A DNA stretch of 64,000 nt, taken from positions 1,295 to 65,294 of the forward strand of contig JAZQXI010000167.1 of assembly GCA_045632805.1 (NCBI GenBank), given 5' to 3'. This DNA comes from Eubacteriales bacterium (GTDB taxonomy: Bacteria > Bacillota > Clostridia > Oscillospirales > CAG-272). Each line of letters begins with the position of its first letter. Position 1 is the stretch's first letter. The position numbers and the translations under genes were made by a program. Of the stretch, positions 7,829 through 18,625 are shown in pieces. Below the pieces are notes generated by a model. It did no database searches, was not told the DNA's origin, and saw only the letters and a program-made list of their open reading frames with translations.

Positions 7829-8578
7829 TCAAAGTCCTCCTAACGTGCAGGCAAAGAGGAAATATCCTGCGGCAATGGCAAGCGCGGTCAAAACCGCTTC
7901 GATCAGACGCAACAGCCCCGCCACGCTATCCCCGGTAAACAGGTCGCGCAAGGCGTTGGTAAGACCGACACCGGGGATCAGCGTCATGATGTTCCCGATG
8001 ATGACCTTGTCAATGGTCCCGATCCATCCCAGGCGAACACTGATGTGCGCCAGAGAGCATGCAAGAAAGGTTGCCGCAAGACGCGCAAAGATCTTGTTCA
8101 TCAGCGTTTTGTCGGTCAAAAGCACCACAAATCGCAGGATCACGCCAACAACTGCCGATACCAGCGCATCGATTGGCGTTCCACCGAAAAAGAGGGTAAA
8201 CGAGGCGGCGATGACGGCATAGGAGAGGCAGGAGACCCAAAATGGGTAGCTTTTTGTCTGCATCACGGAGTTATATTCCGCTCGGATCTCTTCCAAGGGA
8301 AGATGCCCCGCACAGATGTGGCGAGAAAGCTCGTTGAGACGGTGGAGACGCTCAATGTCGGTGCCAATGCTCGTAATACGGCGTGTTTGCGTAAAGGGAT
8401 GCCCCTCGGCGTCAAACACGGTGACGATCATACTGCTGGTAATGATAAACACGTCAACGCGTGCCGCACCCAATGCTTGGCACATTCGTTTGATGCTGTC
8501 CTCAACCCGATAGACCTCGGCACCGGCTACCAGCATCTGCTCGCCGATGTCCATGGTGCAGCTTAACAGTTCTTTCAT
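7829..8578 (-). CDS. Threonine/serine exporter family protein (YjjP/DUF1212-like)
   Basis: A soluble N-terminal half is followed by a 5-TM C-terminal half, the typical pairing with the preceding gene. ATG 8578 sits 6 nt after GGAG. Confidence 0.65.
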   Translation of the reverse strand: MKELLSCTMDIGEQMLVAGAEVYRVEDSIKRMCQALGAARVDVFIITSSMIVTVFDAEGHPFTQTRRITSIGTDIERLHRLNELSRHICAGHLPLEEIRAEYNSVMQTKSYPFWVSCLSYAVIAASFTLFFGGTPIDALVSAVVGVILRFVVLLTDKTLMNKIFARLAATFLACSLAHISVRLGWIGTIDKVIIGNIMTLIPGVGLTNALRDLFTGDSVAGLLRLIEAVLTALAIAAGYFLFACTLGGL

Positions 8579-8872
8579 AGATTTCTCCAAATACGTTGAA
8601 GTTTTGCGGAGACATTATATCACGCTTCGCCCGAAAAAACAAGAGCTTTTTGCACTTTTGCGCAAAAGCGCTGTCGGTTCTCCCCGAAAACAGGAAAAAA
8701 ATGAAGAAAATATGCGCATTGCGTGGCTTTTGTGACGGTTTTCGAAAAAAACTCGTAAAATTATAAAGGAAGTGTTTACAAAAACAAAAAAGTATGCTAT
8801 ACTATTACAATAGGATGGTAGTGCAAAAAGATGAATGATGCACGACAAGTTAAACAGAAAGGAGAGACGGCT

Positions 8873-10135
8873 GTGGAGGTCTTTACCGAGGAAATGCAAA
8901 ATCCGTGGGAAAAGCGCGTGGAATTTTCCCGTGTCAAAGGCGCGCATATCGCGGCGGCAATGCTGGTCGTGGCGCTTTGTGCACTGGAATTGGCGTGCTT
9001 TGCTTTTGAAGCACTTGCATGGATCGTTTTGCCCGTTTTGTTTGTTTATACCGTGATCACCGTGCGCTCTCCGGGAGCTGTTGCCGTCATCCTTGTCACG
9101 GCGGTTGGAATCACGTTTTTGACGGGAACGCCGATCTTTGGAGCGGTTGCGCTTTCCTTGATCGTAGGAACGGGAAGCCTTGCGTGGCTGTTGACCGTCA
9201 AGCGCCCGCCGTATCTTGCTTTAATGATCCCCGTGGCGATGTGCTTGGTTGGATGGATCATTACAAGAGACGTGTACGTTTCGTTGTTGGCGCTTGCATT
9301 CTTGCCTGCCGCGATTCTGCTGGCACATGCGACCGTAACCGACCGCGGGCGCACTTCCGCAATTTTGTTTGCGGAAGGCGGCTTGCTGATCTCGGTCATT
9401 GCTTTGATCGCTGTAGTTATTTACCGCATGTACGGTTCCTTGGATTGGTCGGTGATCACTCGCGCCGTGGAGGAAACGCGCGGATATTTTCTGTATGTTT
9501 TTCTGACGCTTCGTGAGGAGATGATCCTTGCTGTGGAGACGACCGCTGCCGAAGGGGCGCCCGCGATGATCGAGAATCTGAACGCGGTGCTGAGTACGTC
9601 AAACATTACTATGGTGATCTCGCTCCTGTTCAACCTGATCCCTGCCCTGCTTGCGGTGGGATGCAGTGTGATCGCGTTTGAGGCACATCTGGTACTGGAG
9701 ATGACGTATCTTTCCACCGGTTGGAAGCAGGTGCTAACGCGCAACTTCTGTGTCTTTACCATGAGCGTTACGGCAAGCATTCTCTACTACGTCAGTTTTC
9801 TGATTACGATGTTTGTCGACGGCACAACGGTATTCGGCGCTGTTATGCAAAACATTTGCTTGATTCTGCTTCCTGGCTTTTGCGTGCTTGGCGCATGGTC
9901 GCTTCTGGCTCGCATCCGTTCGACCAAGGGAGGCGGCAAAATCTTTTGGATTTTGATTGCGGTATCCTTTGTGTGCTGTGCTGGAATGTCGGCACTTTAT
10001 TTTCTGGCGCTTTGGGGCGCAAACACCACCGTTATGATCGCGATGCGCCGCCGCATGATCCAAAAAATGCATGAGGCGGGAATCGGAAAGCCTCATGATT
10101 CGGAGGATGACGACGATCCGAACGATCAACCGTAA
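8873..10135 (+). CDS. YybS-like (DUF2232) polytopic membrane protein
   Basis: A multi-TM protein sits immediately upstream of gdpP-rplI-dnaB, the conserved Firmicutes synteny. The GTG at 8873 lies 6 nt after AAAGGAGAG. The ORF-track ATG at 8831 is an alternative start. Confidence 0.6.
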   Translation: MEVFTEEMQNPWEKRVEFSRVKGAHIAAAMLVVALCALELACFAFEALAWIVLPVLFVYTVITVRSPGAVAVILVTAVGITFLTGTPIFGAVALSLIVGTGSLAWLLTVKRPPYLALMIPVAMCLVGWIITRDVYVSLLALAFLPAAILLAHATVTDRGRTSAILFAEGGLLISVIALIAVVIYRMYGSLDWSVITRAVEETRGYFLYVFLTLREEMILAVETTAAEGAPAMIENLNAVLSTSNITMVISLLFNLIPALLAVGCSVIAFEAHLVLEMTYLSTGWKQVLTRNFCVFTMSVTASILYYVSFLITMFVDGTTVFGAVMQNICLILLPGFCVLGAWSLLARIRSTKGGGKIFWILIAVSFVCCAGMSALYFLALWGANTTVMIAMRRRMIQKMHEAGIGKPHDSEDDDDPNDQP

Positions 10136-10182
10136 AACAAGACTATATTATTTATCGATCCTGATAAAAGGAGAGTGACAGT

Positions 10183-12306
10183 ATGCAAAATAAGAATCAT
10201 CATGCCCGTCTCCCCAATTTGAAGACGCCTTTGATCGTTTGCTCGATCATCGGTGCGATTCTTCTTGGGATGTTCCTTGCCACGGTGTTTTTGGTAGAGG
10301 AGGCCGAGCTGGTACAGCGCTATGGCATTTTGCTTTGCGCGGTATACGTTCTGACGGTTGGCGTGATTATGACCGCGTATCTCTGTCGTTATCATCGCAT
10401 TCGAAATGCCGACGATGCCGCAGAGCTGATGACCACCGAGATCAGCGATATGTTCCGCTACGTGGTGGATATTCCGTACGCAATCGTAAACGAGGAAGGG
10501 ACGGTCAAAATCGTCAGCGGCGCTTTGCAGGATATGCTGCAGGCACGTTCTCCCGTTTGCAACGTTCCGCTATCGAGCTTTTGCACGGTTCCGATCAAGG
10601 ACGTGATTGCGTATGCACAGAACGGCGGTCCCGTTAAGGATATCACGTTCAACGAGGACGGTGTTCCGATTGACAATACCAAGCCTATGATGACCGAGAT
10701 CGACGGCAAGAAATACGGCTTGCGTTGCTATATTTTACGCTCACGCAGTAAGGACTACTACTTTATCGTTTTTAACGACATTACCGAGCTTGAAAATCTC
10801 AAGCGTACCATGTACGAAAACGAGCCGATCGTGGCGTATATCGTCATTGACAGCCTGCAGGAGCTGGCACAGTATATCCGCGTCAGCTACCGTACTGCGG
10901 TCAACGAGATCGAAGCAAAGCTCAAGGAGTGGGCGGCAAGCTTTGGCGGCATGCTGCGTGAATATGAGAGAGAAAAATATTTGCTGGTATTTACCCGCGC
11001 GGCACTCGACCGTTGCGTACGCGGCAAATTCCGTATTCTGGATACGGTCAGAAGCATCCGCTTGGGTGATAACAGTTTTCCCGTTACTGTTTCGATCGGT
11101 GTGGGAGCAATTGACGGTTCGTTTGAAGACAAAGAGCGTGCTGCCGGCGACGCTTTGGACGTAGCTTTGCAAAAAGGCGGCGACCAAGCGGCTGTGAATG
11201 ACGGTAAGAGTGTGACCACTTACGGTGGACGCGTCAATACCATGGCAGGCTCCACCACCATCACCTCACGCGTCAACTCCCAGCACCTGTGCCGTTTGAT
11301 GAAGGATGCGGGCAACGTGCTGATCATGGGTCACCGCGCTCCCGACTACGATTCCATCGGCTCTTGCGTGGGTCTTGCAAGACTTGCGATCTGCGCACGC
11401 GGAGGAGATACGTCCAAGATCCGCATCGTGGTCAATCGCGACCATGTCAATTTCCGACTCTGCTACGATCTGCTGTCGGCTCTTCCCGAGTATCGCTCCA
11501 TGTTTATCGGAGGGGATACCGCGCTTGACGCCGTGCGCTCGGATACGCTTTTGATCATGAGTGATGTCAACAACGTCTTTAATACAGAGGCGCCCAAGCT
11601 ACTGAAATGTGTCAGCAACGTGGTCATCATCGACCACCACAGAAGACAGGATCAGCTCTACGAATTCAAGCCTTTGATGACCTATATCCGTCCCGGCGTT
11701 TCGGCGGCAAGCGAGCTTGTCAGCGAGATGCTGGAATTCAGCCCGCACCACGATTCGCTTCTCAAGGAAGAGGCAAACCTGATGCTGGCGGGTATGATGC
11801 TGGATACCAAAAACTTTACCACGGGCGTGGGAATGCAGACCTTCTCTGCGGTGCATTACCTTTATGAAAGAGGCGCACATGCAAGCGTGGTGCGCAGATT
11901 CTTTACCGAGACGATGTCCAATCTCTTTACGGCATCGGATATCGACAGCCGAACCCGTACCTATCGCGATAAGATCGCGCTGACTTGGCTCAGCGTGGAT
12001 CATCCCGCAACCGAGGAGGATAACATCGCGGTGGCAAAGGCAGCGGACAAGCTGATGAACATCGACGGTATCGAAGCATCCTTTGCGATCCTCCGTGCCG
12101 AAAATACCGTGACGTTTTCCGCGCGTTCGCATGATAAGATCAACGTTCAGATCATCATGCAAAAGCTTGGCGGCGGCGGTCACTACGATATGGCGGGGGC
12201 CAGACTTCAGGACGTATCTCTTGAAGAAGCATGCCGTCGACTCAAGGAAGCGCTTGACCAATATATGGACAATGAATACGAGTCCGAAAAGAAATCGAAA
12301 AAATAA
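10183..12306 (+). CDS. gdpP: Cyclic-di-AMP phosphodiesterase GdpP (2 TM, PAS-like, degenerate GGDEF, DHH/DHHA1)
   Basis: DHH motifs are present (GHRAPDYDSIGS, IIDHHRR) with the DHHA1 motif LGGGGHYDMAGA. There are two N-terminal TM helices, and the gene sits in synteny with rplI and dnaB. Confidence 0.85.
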   Translation: MQNKNHHARLPNLKTPLIVCSIIGAILLGMFLATVFLVEEAELVQRYGILLCAVYVLTVGVIMTAYLCRYHRIRNADDAAELMTTEISDMFRYVVDIPYAIVNEEGTVKIVSGALQDMLQARSPVCNVPLSSFCTVPIKDVIAYAQNGGPVKDITFNEDGVPIDNTKPMMTEIDGKKYGLRCYILRSRSKDYYFIVFNDITELENLKRTMYENEPIVAYIVIDSLQELAQYIRVSYRTAVNEIEAKLKEWAASFGGMLREYEREKYLLVFTRAALDRCVRGKFRILDTVRSIRLGDNSFPVTVSIGVGAIDGSFEDKERAAGDALDVALQKGGDQAAVNDGKSVTTYGGRVNTMAGSTTITSRVNSQHLCRLMKDAGNVLIMGHRAPDYDSIGSCVGLARLAICARGGDTSKIRIVVNRDHVNFRLCYDLLSALPEYRSMFIGGDTALDAVRSDTLLIMSDVNNVFNTEAPKLLKCVSNVVIIDHHRRQDQLYEFKPLMTYIRPGVSAASELVSEMLEFSPHHDSLLKEEANLMLAGMMLDTKNFTTGVGMQTFSAVHYLYERGAHASVVRRFFTETMSNLFTASDIDSRTRTYRDKIALTWLSVDHPATEEDNIAVAKAADKLMNIDGIEASFAILRAENTVTFSARSHDKINVQIIMQKLGGGGHYDMAGARLQDVSLEEACRRLKEALDQYMDNEYESEKKSKK

Positions 12307-12338
12307 TAAAAACCAAAGAAAAACGGAGAGACTACATC

Positions 12339-12785
12339 ATGAAAGTGATTTTGCTTGCTGACGTAAAGGGTCAGGGAAAAAAGAATGACGTGATTGAGGT
12401 GTCCGACGGCTACGGAAAGAATTTTTTGATTCCCCGTAAGCTGGCAAAAGCCGCAGATGCGCAATCCCTCAATGACGTCAAGGTTAAGGAAGAGGCACGT
12501 TTGTACCGCATCGAGACCGAGAAAAAGGAAGCGCGCGCTCTGGTTGAAAAGCTGAAGGAAACCTTGGTCAAGATCCCCGCATCCTCGGGGGCAGACGGCA
12601 GACTCTACGGCTCTGTCACCGCAAAGGATATTTCCGAGAGATTGCAGGCGGACCACGGAATTGCCATTGACAAGAGGAAGATCGTGATGAACGATCCCAT
12701 CAAGGCATACGGCAAATACGAGCTGGATGTTAAGCTTTATCCCGAGGTAACGGGTAAGCTTTATATCCTGGTTTGCGAAAAGTAA
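12339..12785 (+). CDS. rplI: 50S ribosomal protein L9
   Basis: The N-terminus reads MKVILLADVKGQGKKNDVIEVSDGYGKNFLIPRKLA, in 148 aa. Confidence 0.95.
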   Translation: MKVILLADVKGQGKKNDVIEVSDGYGKNFLIPRKLAKAADAQSLNDVKVKEEARLYRIETEKKEARALVEKLKETLVKIPASSGADGRLYGSVTAKDISERLQADHGIAIDKRKIVMNDPIKAYGKYELDVKLYPEVTGKLYILVCEK

Positions 12786-12789
12786 GATC

Positions 12790-14130
12790 ATGCAAGAGGA
12801 ATTGATTCGAAAGCTCCCATTCTCCATGCCTGCCGAGCAATCGCTTCTCGGTTCAGTTCTGATCGATCCCGCGTCTTTAAACGAGGTCGCGGATCTGATC
12901 ACCTCGGAGGATTTTTATCTGTCGGAGCATAAACAGATTTATCTTGCGATGCATGAGCTGTTTTTGGCAAACAGCGAGATCGACGTTGTTACGTTGATCG
13001 ATATGCTGGTGACCAAGGGCATTTATGATAAGTCGGGCGGCGAGGACTATATCCGAACGCTGACCGAGGCGGTTCCGGATGCTCTGAACATCAAGGACTA
13101 TGCCCGCATCGTCAAGGAAAAAAGTGTATTGCGTCAGCTTATCGGTGCGTGCAGTGAGATTTCCGAAAGTGCGTATTCCGAGCAGGAGGCCGTGACGGAT
13201 ATTCTCGATCACGCCGAGAACCTGATCTTCCACATCGCGCAAGGGCGGGATACCAAGAATTTCCGTCATATCCGCGAGGTGCTGGGAGACGTTTATAACC
13301 ACCTGCATGAGCTCAACACCAACAAGGAAGCCACGCAGGGAACGCAGACCGGTTTTTCGGCGCTCGACCGCGTGCTTGCGGGCATGGGAAAGAGCGATCT
13401 GGTCCTGGTCGGTGCGCGTCCCGGTATGGGTAAGACCTCGTTCGCACTCAATATTGCCACAAACGTAGCAAAGCAGACCAAAAAAGCGGTTTGTATTTTC
13501 TCACTCGAGATGTCTGCGGAGCAGTTGGTCAACCGTGTTTTGTCCAGTGAAGCATTGGTCAACAGCTATACGCTTCGTACGGGAGATCTCGGTCCTGAGG
13601 ATTGGGAGCATCTTGCGGTTGCCGCAGGGGAACTGGCAGGCTGTGATATTCTGATCGACGACACTTCGGGTATGACCGTTACCGCGATGAAAGCAAAGCT
13701 TCGCCGTGTGAAAAATCTTGGCATGGTCGTCATCGACTATTTGGGATTGATGACAGGTGATCGCCACAACGATAATCGCGTGCAGGAGGTCTCCGAGATC
13801 TCACGTTCGCTCAAGATCATGGCAAAGGAGCTCATGGTTCCCGTTATCTGCTGTGCGCAGCTTTCGCGTGGACCCGAATCCCGTACCGATAAGCGTCCAA
13901 TGCTCTCGGATCTGCGTGACTCGGGTGCGATCGAGCAGGATGCCGATACGGTCATTTTCCTGTACCGTGACGAATATTATAAAACCGATGCTGCCAATCA
14001 GGACGCAAGCATTGCGGAGGTCATCATCGCCAAAAACCGTCACGGTTCGGTTGGTTCTGTCAACATGGGCTGGAACGGACAGTTTACCAAGTTTATTACC
14101 ATCGACAATCAACAGGAAGGCAACGCATGA
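12790..14130 (+). CDS. dnaB: Replicative DNA helicase
   Basis: The N-terminal LPFSMPAEQSLLGSVL is followed by Walker A GARPGMGKTSF and Walker B VVIDYLGLM, then SRSLKIMAKEL..QLSR, in 446 aa. Confidence 0.95.
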   Translation: MQEELIRKLPFSMPAEQSLLGSVLIDPASLNEVADLITSEDFYLSEHKQIYLAMHELFLANSEIDVVTLIDMLVTKGIYDKSGGEDYIRTLTEAVPDALNIKDYARIVKEKSVLRQLIGACSEISESAYSEQEAVTDILDHAENLIFHIAQGRDTKNFRHIREVLGDVYNHLHELNTNKEATQGTQTGFSALDRVLAGMGKSDLVLVGARPGMGKTSFALNIATNVAKQTKKAVCIFSLEMSAEQLVNRVLSSEALVNSYTLRTGDLGPEDWEHLAVAAGELAGCDILIDDTSGMTVTAMKAKLRRVKNLGMVVIDYLGLMTGDRHNDNRVQEVSEISRSLKIMAKELMVPVICCAQLSRGPESRTDKRPMLSDLRDSGAIEQDADTVIFLYRDEYYKTDAANQDASIAEVIIAKNRHGSVGSVNMGWNGQFTKFITIDNQQEGNA

Positions 14131-15521
14131 CACACGCGACCAAGCTTTGGCAGGGGCTGGACTCCCCGCAACGCATGGCGGGGGTAAATGCCGATGCGGC
14201 AGTGCTTTTGGCTTTTTCCGGGGGCGCTGATTCCACAGCACTGTTGCAGATGCTGCTGGATTTGCGGCGCGAACACCCGTTTCCGCTGATTTTGGCGCAC
14301 GTGAATCACGGTATCCGCGGTGCGGAAGCGTTGCGCGACCGTGACTTTTGCGTCGCGGTGGCGGAGCGTGAGGGACTGGAGATCTGTGTGCTGGACGTTG
14401 ACGTTCCGAGTCTTGCTGCACAAAGCGGACGGGGACTGGAGGAGGAAGCGCGCCTTGTGCGTTACGCCTACTTTGAACGCTTGATGCGTGAGCGCAAGAT
14501 CCCGATTCTCGTAACGGCACACCACGCAAACGATCAGCTTGAAACGGTACTGTTCCGCCTTGCGCGCGGAACGGGCTTGCATGGACTGGGGGGGATCGCT
14601 CCCGTTCGCAAATTTGCAAACGGCTATTTGGTGCGCCCTTTATTGAGATGCTCACGCGCGGCAGTCGAAGCGTTTTGCCGTGAGCGCGGACTCTCCTATG
14701 TCACAGACAGCACCAATGACGATCCTTCCTATGCGCGTAACCGATTGCGCGGTGAGGTCATTCCGATCCTTGAGGAGCTGTTCCCGAGAAGTGCCGAACG
14801 CGTCTCGCTCATGGCGCAGGCATTGCGCGAGGATGATGAATATCTATGTGCGGTCGCGCACTCATTTTTGGCAGAGCATAAAACCCAAAACGGTTTGCCG
14901 ATCGCACGTTTGCGAATTCTTGAAGTGCCGATCTGCAAAAGAGTGCTGATGCTGTGGACAGAGGAAGAGGGCATTTCTCTTGAAGGGGTGCATTTGGAAG
15001 AATTGATGCGTCTGCTCAAAAATGAAGCGCCGCACGCACGTGTTGCCTTGCCAAATGGCAGATATGCATGCGTTTTTGGAGAATGTCTGATCCTAACGGG
15101 GGAGCGCTTTGCCCCCGCGGTCGATTATTGCTTGCCTTTTGCAGAGGGAACGTTTTGGGCGGGAGACACGGGCATTCAAATCCTTGTGACGCTCACCGAA
15201 TCTCTGGCTGATATCAGAAAAGTTCACAATTTATCAACAGCCCCGTATATAAATTTAACGGTAGGATTTGATATAATAACAAAGGATGCCTATTGGCGGC
15301 CGCGCCGCGCGGGAGATGGATTGCTCCTTCGCGGAATGCATCGCAAATTGCGAAAGCTTTATGCCGAGGCGGGAATTCCACTTTCTTTAAGAGAGAAAAT
15401 GCCGCTTTTGTGCGATGGAGACGGTGTGCTGTGGGCGCCGGGTGTCGGATGCCGCGATGGCGTCAAGGAATGCGCGTCGGGCGCCGGATATTATTTACAG
15501 ATCTGCTTGCCTTGCGTGTAA
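14127..15521 (+). CDS. tilS: tRNA(Ile)-lysidine synthetase
   Basis: The PP-loop motif LLAFSGGADSTALL is present. The start overlaps the dnaB stop (ATGA). Confidence 0.85.
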   Translation: MTHATKLWQGLDSPQRMAGVNADAAVLLAFSGGADSTALLQMLLDLRREHPFPLILAHVNHGIRGAEALRDRDFCVAVAEREGLEICVLDVDVPSLAAQSGRGLEEEARLVRYAYFERLMRERKIPILVTAHHANDQLETVLFRLARGTGLHGLGGIAPVRKFANGYLVRPLLRCSRAAVEAFCRERGLSYVTDSTNDDPSYARNRLRGEVIPILEELFPRSAERVSLMAQALREDDEYLCAVAHSFLAEHKTQNGLPIARLRILEVPICKRVLMLWTEEEGISLEGVHLEELMRLLKNEAPHARVALPNGRYACVFGECLILTGERFAPAVDYCLPFAEGTFWAGDTGIQILVTLTESLADIRKVHNLSTAPYINLTVGFDIITKDAYWRPRRAGDGLLLRGMHRKLRKLYAEAGIPLSLREKMPLLCDGDGVLWAPGVGCRDGVKECASGAGYYLQICLPCV

Positions 15522-15578
15522 CACGCTTTGGCAGTGGCGTATATACCTGTATTTTTCCATTAACGGAGGAGTTTGATT

Positions 15579-17645
15579 TTGAAGAAACGCAGTTTCGTTC
15601 GAGAGATTTTGTTCTACGTGGTGATCTTCGCGATCATCATCGTGATGCTTTCGACGCTGTTGCAAAACGATGCGAAATCGACCGCGATCGAGCATTACAG
15701 CGAGCTTGGAAGCTATATCGAAAAGAACGAGGTCAAGTCTGTTTACGTTGCAAACGACAACAAGGTGACCGTAACGTTGAAGAATGATGAGGTCAAGACC
15801 TATACCTTGGCATACGTCTCTTTCTTCCATGACGATTATGCCGAAACCTTGCAGAAAAACGGTGTCACCGTGGAATATCAGCCCGCGACGACACTTCCTT
15901 GGTGGGTGAGCCTTTTGCCCACGGTCTTTATCATCATTTTGTTTGTGGTGATCTATTTCATCTCCTTCAACAAGATGAGCGGAGGCGGCGGAAAGTTTAA
16001 TTCTTTCGGTAAGGCAAAGGTCAAAACGCCCTCGGTGGACGAAAAGAGCCGCGTGCTTTTCTCGGATGTAGCGGGAGCGGACGAGGAAAAGGAAGAGCTG
16101 GTGGAGATCGTCGAGTTTTTGAAGGATCCTGCCAAATTCACGCGACTTGGCGCAAAGATTCCGCACGGTGTGCTTTTGATGGGCCCTCCCGGTACGGGTA
16201 AGACCCTGCTTGCAAAGGCAGTCGCGGGAGAGGCGGGCGTTCCGTTCTACTCCATTTCCGGTTCTGATTTCGTTGAGATGTACGTCGGTGTCGGTGCATC
16301 CCGCGTGCGTGATCTGTTTGAGACCGCGCGCAAGTCACCCGCAGCAATCATCTTTATCGATGAGATCGATGCCGTCGGACGTCACAGAGGTGCAGGACTT
16401 GGCGGCGGACACGACGAGCGCGAGCAGACCTTGAACCAGTTATTGGTCGAGATGGACGGCTTTGGCTCGCATGACGGTATCATCGTTATGGCGGCAACCA
16501 ACCGCCCCGATATCCTTGACCCCGCGCTTCTGCGTCCCGGACGCTTTGATCGTCAGGTTACGGTCAACTATCCCGATATGAAGGGCAGAGAAGAGATCCT
16601 CAAGGTACACGCACGCAACAAACCCTTGGAATCGAACGTTGATTTCCACAAGGTGGCGCAAAGTACCGTTGGCTTCACAGGTGCGGATCTTGCCAATCTG
16701 CTCAACGAGGCGGCACTGCTTGCGGCAAAGAAAAACAAGGCGCTCATCGGTATGGATGATATCGAGGAGTCATATATGAAGGAATTGCTCGGTCCCCAGA
16801 AAAAGGCGCGTGTACGCCGCGAGGAGGACAACAAGCTCACAGCATATCACGAGGCGGGTCACGCGGTCGTTTCCTATTATTGTAAGCATACCGATCCCGT
16901 CAAGCATATCACCATCATCCCCTCGGGACGTGCCGGCGGTGTTACGGTCAGTGTGCCGCTTGAGGACGTTTCCTACAAGACGCGCGGCTCGATGTTGGAT
17001 GATATCTGCATGAGCCTTGGTGGTAGAATTGCCGAGGAATTGATCATGGGAGACATCTCTACGGGTGCGTCCGGTGACATTCAGCAGGCAACCAAGGTGG
17101 CTCGCGAAATGGTCACGAGATACGGTATGAGTGAAAAGCTCGGCACGGTGCTTTACGGCTCCGAGCATTCGAGCAGCGAGGTGTTCCTGGGACGCGACTA
17201 CAGCACGGGTAAGAACTACTCCGAGCAGACCGCGGCTGAGATCGATGCGGAGATTCAGCGCATCATCGGCGGGGAATATGAGAATGCCAAGAAGATCCTT
17301 TCCGAGCATATTGAAAGACTCCACTTTGTGGCACAGTATTTGTTGAGCCACGAGAGCATGGACGGCGATCAGTTTGCGGCTGCGATGCAGGATGACGCAA
17401 CGGTGGAAGCCCTGGAGGCGATTGCCGCGGAGAAAGCGGAAAAGAGCAGACGCGACAACGAGGAGCGCGCACGCATTGCGGCTGAGGAAGCCGAAAAGGC
17501 TGCACGCGAGGCGAAGGAAGCAACCGATCCCGCAACTGCGGAAACGGATGCGAGCGTCCAAGAAAATCAAGGTGACGGCAACGACCTTGTGCAAAATGCG
17601 GAGGAGCCCGATGCCAACACGGACGAGGACTCCGACAAAGAATAA
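15579..17645 (+). CDS. ftsH: ATP-dependent zinc metalloprotease FtsH
   Basis: Walker [14 protein letters not shown] and Walker B IIFIDEID are present, with SRH region [19 protein letters not shown] and the HEAGH zinc site. The TTG at 15579 lies 8 nt after GGAGGA and is preferred over the ORF-track TTG at 15573. Confidence 0.93.
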   Translation: MKKRSFVREILFYVVIFAIIIVMLSTLLQNDAKSTAIEHYSELGSYIEKNEVKSVYVANDNKVTVTLKNDEVKTYTLAYVSFFHDDYAETLQKNGVTVEYQPATTLPWWVSLLPTVFIIILFVVIYFISFNKMSGGGGKFNSFGKAKVKTPSVDEKSRVLFSDVAGADEEKEELVEIVEFLKDPAKFTRLGAKIPHGVLLMGPPGTGKTLLAKAVAGEAGVPFYSISGSDFVEMYVGVGASRVRDLFETARKSPAAIIFIDEIDAVGRHRGAGLGGGHDEREQTLNQLLVEMDGFGSHDGIIVMAATNRPDILDPALLRPGRFDRQVTVNYPDMKGREEILKVHARNKPLESNVDFHKVAQSTVGFTGADLANLLNEAALLAAKKNKALIGMDDIEESYMKELLGPQKKARVRREEDNKLTAYHEAGHAVVSYYCKHTDPVKHITIIPSGRAGGVTVSVPLEDVSYKTRGSMLDDICMSLGGRIAEELIMGDISTGASGDIQQATKVAREMVTRYGMSEKLGTVLYGSEHSSSEVFLGRDYSTGKNYSEQTAAEIDAEIQRIIGGEYENAKKILSEHIERLHFVAQYLLSHESMDGDQFAAAMQDDATVEALEAIAAEKAEKSRRDNEERARIAAEEAEKAAREAKEATDPATAETDASVQENQGDGNDLVQNAEEPDANTDEDSDKE

Positions 17646-17657
17646 AATGGATGAAAG

Positions 17658-17692
17658 ACGGTACAGATGCGACAGCGTTTGTACCGTTTTTT
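17658..17692 (+). terminator. Intrinsic terminator after ftsH
   Basis: The stem ACGGTACA / TGTACCGT is followed by TTTTT. Confidence 0.6.
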
Positions 17693-17769
17693 CTTGCCAA
17701 AGGCTATAACATGTCATAATCACCAAGAAATGGGATTGCGGCAATACAAATGCTTGGTGTTTTGCCTGC

Positions 17770-17798
17770 TTGACAAGAGATGATTTTGGGGGTATAAT
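17770..17798 (+). promoter_or_regulatory. Consensus sigma-A promoter of the folT-like/folC transcript
   Basis: TTGACA, a 17-nt spacer, then TATAAT. Confidence 0.7.
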
Positions 17799-17832
17799 AT
17801 ACAATGCGTAGAGTTGCGATTTTTGCAACTGT

Positions 17833-17951
17833 GAAGAGTAAAAGCATAGGCGTTGGAGAGATCCGCAGTGCCGAACGGACGGGGAGTTGCCGTTTGGACG
17901 AAAAGACAGGAGTGTCATCCCGCTTGCGGTCTGTGCTTTGCATCCCGCTTC
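17833..17951 (+). ncRNA. THF (folT-motif) riboswitch candidate
   Basis: GAAGAGUAA..AAGCAUAG-GCGUUGGAG...GGGGAGUUGCC..ACGAAAAG...CUGUGCUU-UGCAUCCCGCUUC parallels the E. siraeum THF aptamer (GGAGAGUAG..GCGUUAAG..GGGAUGUCGU..ACGAAGCG..UGCAUCCGCUCC). P1 is GAAGAG/CGCUUC and P2 is AAGCAUAG/CUGUGCUU. Downstream, CUCCUUUC can pair with the SD. It lies upstream of a folate-type S-component and folC. Confidence 0.6.
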
Positions 17952-18021
17952 ATAAAAGCCGACGGAAGATTTGCAAACGATCTCCTTTCTGCTTATTATG
18001 GGTGGAAAAGGAGGTATATTT

Positions 18022-18612
18022 ATGAAAAGCTCATTTTCTGCACGTACGAACATCTACCGCATCACGTTGGACGCCTTGTTTGTTGCCCTTTACGTGGTGC
18101 TTAGCACCTTTGCGTCCATCAAGATACCGGGTGTCATTCAGATTTCGTTTTCCACGTTGCCCATCCTTTTGGCGGCGTTTCTGTTCCGCCCGTTGGATGC
18201 GGTGGGCATCGCACTGCTCGGCACTTTCGTTGAGCAGGTGATCGATCCCTCACCATACGGTTTTGTGACTATGCCGATGTGGTTGATTCCGGGAACGGTT
18301 GTCGCTTTGGTTGCATCCTTGGGGGCAATCTATGCCCGCCGTCAAGCGTCCGTTCGCGTGCGGTTGATGGTAACCGTTGCGACCGTTGTGATCGCGGAGC
18401 TTCTTTTGACCGCTTTGAATACCGTTGCGCTGTATATTGACGGTGCGATTCTCGGATATTCAGTCAAGGCGCTTCATCTGCTCCTGCCCGCGCGTCTGCT
18501 CAACGGCGTAGCACGTGCGGTGATTTCCTCGATTCTCGTTCCGTTACTCTACACCCCTTTGCATAAGGTTTTAACCAAGCTATTCCCGCGCTCCTCTTCA
18601 ACAAACGATTAA
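18022..18612 (+). CDS. ECF-transporter S component, folate-type (FolT-like) by context
   Basis: A ~196-aa protein with 5-6 TM helices. ATG 18022 sits 7 nt after AAGGAGG. It lies between a THF-riboswitch-like leader and folC. Confidence 0.6.
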   Translation: MKSSFSARTNIYRITLDALFVALYVVLSTFASIKIPGVIQISFSTLPILLAAFLFRPLDAVGIALLGTFVEQVIDPSPYGFVTMPMWLIPGTVVALVASLGAIYARRQASVRVRLMVTVATVVIAELLLTALNTVALYIDGAILGYSVKALHLLLPARLLNGVARAVISSILVPLLYTPLHKVLTKLFPRSSSTND

Positions 18613-18625
18613 AGGTAGGTTTTTT

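Noticed and set aside
16770-18053. A 427-aa minus-strand ORF spanning the ftsH 3' half, its terminator and the THF leader.
   Set aside because: It is antisense to ftsH and crosses a terminator and a promoter. It has no RBS, so it is a shadow ORF. The same reasoning applies to 40181-41506, 32418-33716, 25902-27011, 27881-28822, 49934-50908, 51173-52216 and 53593-54498.
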